A DNA stretch of 36,333 nucleotides from Catajapyx aquilonaris (Eukaryota). The notes under the pieces are model-generated. The model was not told the origin of the DNA. It made no database searches and saw nothing but the letters and a program-made list of their open reading frames with translations. Where the stretch lies: NCBI GenBank assembly GCA_000934665.2, contig KZ539295.1, forward strand, positions 1-36,333, written 5' to 3'. The position numbers and the translations under genes were made by a program. Below are positions 22,842 to 31,819 of the stretch, piece after piece; the stretch's first letter is position 1; every line of letters starts with the position of its first letter.

Positions 22842-23544
22842 CTAACGGTCCAGATTATTCTGCTTCTCTGGTTTCCCTTCTGCTGTCCGCTTAGCTGCTT
22901 CTTCTTCTTCTACCACTGCTTCCTGGTTGTCATTTCTCAACGCCCAAGGTAGATGTCCTCGAACATGGTCCGTGAACATGCTGCTTGTGACATCCACTGG
23001 GCCATGGGTACGACGAACATGGTCGATAACCCAGGATGTTTTATTGTGGTAGGTCACCCTTTCCAGCAACATCTTCTTCCCGTGGTGTCTTCTGATGAAG
23101 TGCCAGTGACGTCATCTTCTTCTTGTTGACTGCCATTGTTGTCTTCTTTCTCTTCCTCTCGTCCATTTTGTTCTTCTTCGTCTTCTTCTTCACTCCCAGA
23201 CCATTCTCCAAATAGTTCGAATAGAACATCCTTCCTCTTGAGTGGCAGAGAAACAGCCGACGTCTCTTCATCTTCTTCCTCGCTGGAAGATGGACCAAAG
23301 ACTGCTCGAAACCTCTTCCTCGTCGGTGGAGAGTAAGGACCTGGTGTGATTCTTCATCTTCAGTCCAGTCGTCAAATAGAAGGACTCCCACCTTCTTCTT
23401 CCACAGCTTATTAATGGCCAATGGCTGACCTGGTGATAGGTTGGGAGGAGATGGCGGAGATGAAGGCACAGGAGAAGCACCGGGCAGTTGAGCTAGCCTT
23501 TTACGCTGCCCCCCTCTCTGCCTCGACTTACTTTTCTTCCCCAT
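22842..23544 (-). pseudogene. Accessory non-env ORF between pol and PPT, basic N-terminus and acidic repeats, frameshifted
   Basis: MGKKSKSRQRGGQRKRL, a P/S-rich stretch and LFDDWTEDEE; then in a shifted frame VFGPSSSEEEDEE and LFGEWSGSEEEDEEE; the tail is ORF 22842..23072. Confidence 0.55.
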
Positions 23545-23574
23545 TTTCGAGACTGTAATTCTTTCTCGAATTCT

Positions 23575-26215
23575 GATTTGCAAAATTTTGCAACGTCTTG
23601 TGTCATTCCTCTCCATGTGTATGATTTCTGAATTTTGCGTATCATTTTCTTCACCCCAAGGTGTGCAGAAAAGGGAGGATTGTGATTTTGCTCCAAAATT
23701 TTGTATACCATAGACCTTGGCACAACTAAGACTTCATTGTTTCTCATTTTGGAAAAGAGAATGTCTCCTTCCACAAAATAATTGTTGAAACAAGGGACAC
23801 TCACTGAGAGATTTTTGAGAATGGACAGACAAGTCCTGTCTTCCCTTTGTTTAATAATTTTAGGACGATCCCAAACTACAGAAAATTCAGTTGTGACTGG
23901 GCAAACCGGAATGCGACAGAGAGCATCCACATGAGGCATGGATTTACCCGGTTTGTGGATCACTTGAAAATTTTACTCTTGCAGAGTGAGAGACCAGCGA
24001 GCTAACCTGGATGTGGGATCCTTCAGGTTTATTAGCCACTTGAGACTGGCATGATCAGTGACTACCGTGAATTCTCTGCCATACAAATGACATCTGAACA
24101 TTCTTATGGCCCATACCACCCCTAAACATTCTCTTTCGGTGGTTGAATAATTTTTTTCCTGGCTTATTCAACTGCCCTGCTGACATACTCTAATGGGTGT
24201 ATCCCATCTTCAAATTGAGCAAGTGTAGCACCAATTGTAAAACCACTAGCGTCAGTGGAGAGAATGAAGGGTTTGGAATAGTCAGGACACCTCAAGACTG
24301 GGTAAGATTGTAAGGCATCACGTAAGGTTTTGAATGAAAGTTCTTGCTCAGGACCCCAAGAAATGGTTTGCTGACGTTTGGAAGATAGATTTCTTGTCAA
24401 CATAGTCAACGGTCTGGCAATAAATGCGAATTTCTTAATAAACCTTCTATAAAACCCTACTAATCCTAGGAATGCTCGTACATCTCTTACAGTTGTAGGA
24501 CGTGGACAGTTTTTTATCGCATCAATCTTTTTAGGATCGGGTTTAACACCTTCTCCAGTGACCACATGACCCAAGTATTTCACTTCCCTCTTCAAGAAGT
24601 GGCATTTGGACAACTTTAGTTTAAGACCAGCCGCCTTAAGTTTATCAAAAACCCGAGTAAGTCTGGACATGTGTACAGAAAGATTTTGAGAAAAAATGAT
24701 AACATCGTCTAAGTACACTAGACAAATTTCACTTTTTAACCCTGCCAGAGCTGTATCCATCAGCCTTTGAAAGGTAGACGGAGCATTGGCTAAACCAAAA
24801 GGCATTTTTCTGAACTGGTATCTGTGATTTGGTAGAGTAAATGCTGTTTTTTTCTTTATCTTCACTCCTTACAGGCACCTGCCAAAAGCCAGAGTGTAGA
24901 TCTAACGAAGAAAAATAAGCACAATTTCCAAGTTGGTTCAAAGTGTCTTCTATAGTGGGTAGAGGATAAACATCTCTTTTTGTTACACTATTGAGCTTCC
25001 TGTAATCCACACAGAATCTTAGAGAACCATCTGGTTTCTGAACTAAGACGACAGGAGCTGCCCATGGACTCTTTGTTTCTTCGATGATACCAGAGTTGAG
25101 CATATCGCATATGCATTTCTTTACCTCCTGCGACTGTGATTATGGGATTTTATATGGTCTGCAAGCAATTGGTCGTGCTTCACCCGTGTCAATGGTATGT
25201 TCTGTGAGTGAAGTGTTACCATATGGACCATTTTCTCCTTGGATAAGTTCTGAATAAGATTTAAGGAAGGTCATAAGGAAACTCTCTTCTTTTTCATTGA
25301 GACTTGATTTATCCAACTTTGACCAGTCCACAGGACTATTTGTCACTTCAATTTTTGGATGTGGGAGGCATGGAGTGGCCTTACCAACTATTGTATTAAT
25401 AGGTATCTGAATCTGGGAATTGGAAGTATTTAATACCATTATATATGTGTTACCGTCAAGAGAAGTAGTTACGGTGGTTGCAACTGTGAGACCTGGATGA
25501 TTGCTACCAACTGACTCGATGATCATGTCTTTATTTCCCAAAATTACGTTAATTTTTGCAGGAATAATATTGCTTCACAGCGAGGTGGAATCGGCATGTC
25601 ATCATTCCAATGTACTGTAGTACTCTGAGGAGTCTTTTCTCCTACTAACGGGATTAAGTCTCCACATATGTCTATTGCTTTCTTTGATAACAAGATGTTG
25701 ACGTGATAATAGTCTAAGAAATCGACTCCAATGATACCATCAATATCTGTACCAATGTTAATGTCAGAGACCCAAAAGTTGTGTTGTAGTTTATGACTAC
25801 CTATTGTTCGATTGAACCAGTAACAACCATACGATTTGAGTTTATCGCCAGTAGCACTAGACAGGTTAATGTTATCCTGTTCCTTGTAAGAACCATCTTG
25901 GTATGGTACAAAAGTAGGATTGATTATCGATACAGCACCACCCGTGTCGAGAAGAAAGCTTGCTGTTCTACCAGATATTAAAACATCTATTTTTGGAGAT
26001 GTTACACTAGTAATCAAGTGAATGAATGTTGGTTTGACAGACTGTGACTGCATACGGTTTTGATGAGGATTTTGTTGTCGTAACAGGTTATCCTGACTAA
26101 TCTGTACACTATGGCCCCCCTGATTGGATTCTATTGACGTGAGCTGTGAGGTTGTGAGGAGGGCCCCCTCACGTTTTCCGGACACCATTTTGCGTAATGT
26201 CCGACCGTATCCCAC
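23575..26215 (-). pseudogene. pol: Ty3/gypsy pol: protease, RT, RNase H, integrase Zn-binding N-terminus (frameshifts; IN core absent)
   Basis: LLDTGG (protease); SPWAAPVVLVQKPDGSLRFCVDYRKLN, LDLHSGFWQV, MPFGLANAPSTFQR and YLDD (RT); TDASG (RNase H); HNPPFSAHLG...WRGM..DV (IN). Domain order is PR-RT-RH-IN. Confidence 0.97.
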
Positions 26216-26440
26216 TTGTGGCAGACAATATTGTTCGGATGAGGACTACAGTTTCTGTGATGGTTTTGATAATTTCTCATCCCAAATGGGTTATCACGTG
26301 GGTACCTGGTTCCCTGTGGTCGATAAGGACTACCATATTCACCCTGATATGGAGAACCACCACGGCGAAAGCTGTTTTTTACGAGTGCGTTTTTGAAGGG
26401 ATCTCACCACTTTTTGCTAAGTTGAATGATAATGAATGAC
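26170..26440 (-). pseudogene. gag: gag C-terminus with zinc knuckle
   Basis: IVCHKWDTVGHYAKWCP is CX2CX4HX4C with the second Cys replaced by Trp; it overlaps the pol frame, which is -1 relative to gag. Confidence 0.8.
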
Positions 26441-26620
26441 ATGGAGAAAGTTTAAAAATTTATCTGCCTCGGAGTATGGCCACGGGGTAGAGAGGGATGG
26501 TAATGGGAAGGGAGGGAGGAAGGGGGGATAGGGGATGTAGTAAAAATTCATATTAGTTGAATAATGTCAATAATAATTTATTTTCTATTTCATAATATTG
26601 AGGACTAAACATCACAGATA

Positions 26621-26674
26621 ACATTACATAATAATCCCCGATCACATTACATAATCACGCATCACATTACATAA
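26621..26674. repeat. Three spaced copies of ACATTACATAA
   Basis: At 26621, 26644 and 26664. Confidence 0.9.
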
Positions 26675-26986
26675 AAGGATGCAACATTTCTTAATTATCA
26701 AATATCAAATGGCATATCATATTCATCCATCTCAAACAGCCCAAGGCCCGCGTCCCGCTTGGCCTTCCTCATAGCCCTTCTCCTGATTCTCGGCTGGCTA
26801 CAATCGAGATAGCATGCAGGCCCTGCTCCACATCGTGTCGGACGCCGGAGTAAACCCCGACCGCCCGATCACGGGGCCGCCTGGTGTGAGTAATTGACTG
26901 CGTGAATACTCCTGTCATCTCCTGTGTACCTACCTTCTCCCCTACTCCACAGCCTCCGGGTCTGACTCGCGTGGAAGTCGTCGGCG

Positions 26987-28294
26987 TTATTTTCCCCCGC
27001 GTGTCCCCCGAGCCGCCCGAACACCTCGTGCATCACGATCCCCGCGACCACCTCGTCCACCTTGTCCACCACGACTCCCACGACCACCCCGACCATTGGC
27101 AGCATGGTCTGAGACTTGATATTGGATATCCGTTTGATAATCCTCCTGGACCCGATGTACATATTTAGATCCTGCCCATACTCGGTCAGGGGCCTTTTGA
27201 TGTATTTTAGAATTAGTGATTTGGAAACTGCAAAGGTCTGGCCTGAATTTAAATCTGAGTCTGTTGTATTCTGTAATGGCTTTGTCGTTAGCTTTGACTT
27301 GAGTAGAATCAAAGTTGATTAGATGAATCCCTTCCAATTTTTTTACTCGAGACAAGGCCACATAAGCTTGACCACAACAGAAAAGTGATGAGCCAATGTC
27401 CATAAGGGCACTGTCTAAGCTCAACCCCTGGCTCTTATGAATCGTGATGCCATATGCTATTGTTAATGGGAACTGTTTTCTATGAATGAATGCGTTTGCC
27501 ATAATTTGAAATTTGCTATTGACAGGTAGTAGGTCGTGTTCTAAACCGAAGGAAAATTTAATCATTATGGATTTAACTTTTTGTGGAGCATCGGGGTGGT
27601 ATGTCACACTGAGTACAGTACCAACTGCGCCGTTAACCAAGCCAAGAGTAACATCTATGTTCCTTCTCAACATTATTTTAGTTCCAAGTTTAACAGTAAT
27701 GGTTCGCTCCAAACCAGCTGTATTGGAACAATCATCTTCGTACTTTTTAAGTAGCTTGTCTACATGAGCTCGGACAGATCTGGAACAGTCCACCGAGTCT
27801 TCAGCTAGAAGTACAATTTCAGGAGTGTTGATGGTTTGAAGCACGGTTTCATTTAGGACTTTGCACATATGGCATGTAGGCAGGAAACAAATGGTATCTG
27901 GCGGCAGCTTTAGTAGGTAGTCAGCAATTTTTTGTAGTGTGCCAGTAGCATGTTTTGAGGGGATATTTATGATTCTGGTTTGAAGAACATGAATGTCATT
28001 TTTGGAAATGATTCCTAAGCGGACTCGTTGAAGCAATTGCACAAATCCATTATCATGTTGCTGCCTCATATTTATCGTTAGTTCGTCGTAAGTGAACAGA
28101 TCTCGCCACAGATTAACCGTGCAAAATGCGCCAAAGTGTTTTTCTGCATCCGCAGGGGAGAGAGTCTCAAAAATTGGATCTTGATGAACAGGTTGTAGCT
28201 GACATAAGTCTCCAAAGAACAAGATGTGCTTTCCTCCAAACCAGCCATTCTCTTCATCTGAAGTTGCATAAATTTCTGACAGACGTAAATGAAT
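26987..28294 (-). pseudogene. Helitron RepHel C-terminal half (Pif1 motifs III-VI) with an in-frame RGG tail
   Basis: [75 protein letters not shown]. The first 32 aa or so of ORF 26987..28393 come from the adjacent inverted repeat. Confidence 0.92.
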
Positions 28295-29080
28295 TATATC
28301 AAAAACTTTCCCTTCAGTAAAAAAAAAGAGAAGTAAGACCTCCGCGGCGGAATGAAAGTACTGAAACAAGGCAGGCGCACGTAAGACCTTCACCGATTGA
28401 TTTAAGCTGTACCATAGGTCTTACTCCAGCAATTTCCAATTCACTGCTCATGAAGTCTCCTTTCTGAAAACAAATTTGTGGAATTTCTGTCGTACTACCA
28501 GTTACTTCTAACTTAGCAGTACCAGTGTAGTGCAATGGTACTGCTATAAGTTAGCAGTAACTACAGACCTATAGTTAATAGTAATAATAGTACGACGAAA
28601 ATTCTGCCCATTAATTTTCCATGAGCCACTCCATATTAGTGTTCTTTGAAATTAGGAACTTCAATATTAAGCACATTGAATTTCTATGCGATTAGTGCGA
28701 ATTATTGCCATGAAACATTCATTCAGAATCGTCACCTCTTTGAGATGCTGATTTTAACTCTAACGTTTAATTTTTCACATATAAACGTTAATTGGTGAAT
28801 TTAAGAGGGTCTTTTTCGATTGGACCAAGTCTGTTAGAATGGGTTTAGTTNNNNNNNNNNNNNATAAAATCCTTCCTATACTGCTCTGAGTAGTTTGCAG
28901 CAGTCATTTTACGAGACGTTCCATACCGTACTTGAGAATTGCTTGAGTAAGACCTATGGTACAGCTTAAATCAATTGGTGAAGGTCTTACGTGCGCCTGC
29001 CTTGTTTCAGTACTTTCATTCCGCCGCGGAGGTCTTACTTCTCTTTTTTTCACTGAAGGGAATGTTTTTGACATAATTTC
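28291..29080. mobile_element. Foldback element with about 140-bp inverted arms
   Basis: 28291-28434 versus 28937-29080 are near-identical in reverse complement, with internal GTAAGACCT repeats; spans the N gap. Confidence 0.8.
28851..28863. other. Assembly gap (13 N)
   Basis: Run of N. Confidence 1.
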
Positions 29081-29269
29081 AGTTCTTCTTTGACAGTATA
29101 CGGAATAGGTACAATGATGCCTAATTTTAATATCATACATATTATTACATTATAATATTTTGAGTTCAGGAGACTGGAGTAGTCCCATGAGGACGACATT
29201 GGGATCACGAGGACTGGATGTTTTGAGATGACATTATCTGGATTGTGGAGAGAGGAAAGGCATTATGGA

Positions 29270-29820
29270 ATATTGTCATGGTACAGAGAGGGGGTGGGAC
29301 ACTAACCTCGGGAATTTGTGTGATGATTTTGGCTAGTAGATTTTGCAATGGCACAGAGAGAGAGAGGGGAGAGGGGGGATACTTACCTCACGAATTTTGA
29401 AAAGATTTTCTTGGTTTTGATAATAATGGTTTGAGGAGATTGGAGAAGGAGTTGATGGTTGTCGAGCAGGCAGGCAGGATCGTCAGGAAGTGTTTTGGGT
29501 CACAAGGACTGGAATTTAAGATTTGTCATGTCAATACTCTTAAGTAAGTAAAGGAGTTGCGGGGATTGCAATGGTACGGAGAGAGAGGGGAGAGGGGGAT
29601 ACTTACCTCACGAATTTTCAAAAGATTTTCTTTGTACTGTTTGATAATAGTTGAGGAGATAGGAGTAGGAGTTGATGGAGGTGGAAAAGGCAGGCAGGGA
29701 TCTCAGGAAGTGTTTGGAGTCCACAAAGTCTGGAATTTAATAGTTATCATTTCAATGATGCTGCCATTATAGGAATTGTAATGGAAATGGAATAGAGGGA
29801 TGTTGGGATACTAACCTCAG
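29270..29820 (-). repeat. Tandem repeat of about 220 bp with splice-site-like motifs
   Basis: Units start near 29343 and 29566; ACTTACCTC at 29381 and 29601; ACTAACCTC at 29301 and 29810. Confidence 0.85.
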
Positions 29821-29833
29821 TTTTCTTTGAGGT

Positions 29834-31111
29834 TTAGGTACGAAGAATCCGGTAGGGAGCTAAGAAGAGTGCCACTGCATCCTTCATGTGGGTTTTCGTA
29901 CTAGTCTCAATACTGACGCTCTGGTCATTCACATGCAACCATTCCTTGCCCTCTCGCACCACGGCGGTGTAGTGCCCACTTAACAAATTGTTCCCCTGGT
30001 GACAAATGATCGCTGTGCACACAAATCTGTCCGATGCAATTCTGACATCGTCAGGATTGAATTCTGAGATGCCAGTAGTCACCTTTCGTGCTCTTTCATC
30101 ATACCGGACCAGATGGAGTAATACACACCCGGTGACCTCCTGGATGCTGTAGGTTGTCACTGGGCAACTGCATGCACATACGGCGCACTGCAGTTGGATG
30201 TCCACCTTCTTCAATAGGCTATCGAATGTAATATCAGTGGCTTGACTTGGAACTGCAACATGTAGGCAGCGCTGCATTCCTGAGGTTTCGAGAGGAATGG
30301 AGTGGCATGTGGTGCAGTGTTCTTCAGTCTGGATCCGGTGAGTGCCCCACCGCTGAAGAGGTTCTGGTAACCTTTCAATGAGAAAGTCCAAGAACTCGAG
30401 AGCGTCCTGCTGTACATCTCCAGTGAAGGGTTCTCCCACAGCTCGTCGCACATCCTGCGTCGATGGCAATACCACATTGCCTGCCTTTGTTGTTTTTTGC
30501 CGCTTTGCTGCTGCAGACTTTTGCGGGCGGTGTCGTGTGAGCGCCTTCTGCATCTCCACAATGATGTCACTCCCCGCCCTCTTCGAGTTTAACAGCAGTC
30601 GAAAGTCCGATTGGGCGAAAAGACATACCAATGCGGCGTTTGCGTAGCAGGAAACCTTAATCGGGCCAGGATTGGAGAACCCTCGAATCTTGACGGTATC
30701 ACTGCTTACAGAAGCTGCAATAATTCGACGCTTCAAGGCCGGTACAGGAAGGGGAGGTATGGAGCGAGTTTCTCGGAGACGGTTGTACTCAAGGATGCAG
30801 CTCCTGTCGGCCTTGATGCACTTTGATTCCAAGTGTAAAAGAAAGAGGGTGTCTAGTGTCTTTACACGTGATAATGCCACGTACGCCATCCCACTCGCAA
30901 ACACAGATTCACTCAAGTCGACCACTGCTGATTCGAGGGTCAGGCCTTGTGACTTGTGAATGGTAATGGCGTATGCAAGTACGAGTGGGAATTGCTTCCT
31001 TTCCACATAAATGTTTGCACCAATTTCGAATTTCACGCTGCACCTCTCTATAGACTTCTCCTCGGAAGGACAGCTATCAAAATTTATGATGGGACGCGTC
31101 AAAATCTTCAA
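29834..31111 (-). CDS. Pif1-helicase C-terminus fused to a USP (peptidase C19) deubiquitinase domain; 5' truncated
   Basis: Helicase motifs [20 protein letters not shown] and [13 protein letters not shown] Cys box [37 protein letters not shown] pairs, LLHLVRY and His box [17 protein letters not shown]...WLHVND. Confidence 0.9.
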   Translation of the reverse strand: MKILTRPIINFDSCPSEEKSIERCSVKFEIGANIYVERKQFPLVLAYAITIHKSQGLTLESAVVDLSESVFASGMAYVALSRVKTLDTLFLLHLESKCIKADRSCILEYNRLRETRSIPPLPVPALKRRIIAASVSSDTVKIRGFSNPGPIKVSCYANAALVCLFAQSDFRLLLNSKRAGSDIIVEMQKALTRHRPQKSAAAKRQKTTKAGNVVLPSTQDVRRAVGEPFTGDVQQDALEFLDFLIERLPEPLQRWGTHRIQTEEHCTTCHSIPLETSGMQRCLHVAVPSQATDITFDSLLKKVDIQLQCAVCACSCPVTTYSIQEVTGCVLLHLVRYDERARKVTTGISEFNPDDVRIASDRFVCTAIICHQGNNLLSGHYTAVVREGKEWLHVNDQSVSIETSTKTHMKDAVALFLAPYRILRT

Positions 31112-31819
31112 TCCAGAAAAAAAACTATTGAATAGAGGAACGTGTCAACGGAAAACTACAAGACAATGTTCATCTCCCAACTCACTCCAAACTAGTTCTG
31201 AACATTAATAGAACAAATCGACTTGTTCAGTAGGATTAAATAATCCACACATATCTTAGCAACATAGACAATGACGACCTTCCAGCAGCGTTGCCATAGC
31301 TGAAACATTAGGCCAACAACTATTGTTATTAACCAAAAATATGGCGAGGTGGTAAAATAAGTATTGACGTTTCTAGGTTATGGCGTCATGAACAAAAATG
31401 AAGTAATGACAGGAAAAATACGAGGTAAAAAAATCACAGCTCCAATCCTGTAGCAGTGGGAACTGAGATTTTGAACATAGATCCGCACCATCCCACTGCA
31501 CCTTCGGCCCTTTGATGAAGAAACCAAATTCCGAATAGTTATTGAGCAAAGAAATTGAGACATATTTTTTGGTGGTTTAAATTTTTTTGCGGCGTTTTGA
31601 AGAGGAATTAAGTAAAAGTGTAAATGGTAGGAAATCAAGTCACGACGGTGGGGATCTGTGTTCAAAATTTGAAAGCTCTACCTACAGCAGAACTTGAGTT
31701 AGAGCGAATAAAAAAAAACGTAACAAGAAGAACAACAAGAAGAACAAGTAGGAAAAATTCATTGTTGAAACATTGTTGAAATCTATGCTACGGTCTTACT
31801 TAAGGGCTATCGCCCTTAA

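Larger units (their letters stand above)
28295..31819 (-). mobile_element. Non-autonomous Helentron-like insert within the RepHel ORF
   Basis: 5' end on minus is the TTAAGGGC-GATA-GCCCTTAA palindrome, then CTTCTTGTT-type repeats and a DINE-1-like core (GTAGAGCTTTCAAATTTTGAACAC). Removing the insert rejoins the helicase in frame. Confidence 0.65.

Noticed and set aside
26987..28393. ORF as a standalone host PIF1 gene
   Set aside because: It lacks Walker A/B, its N-terminus is inverted-repeat DNA, and it continues the Helitron RepHel.
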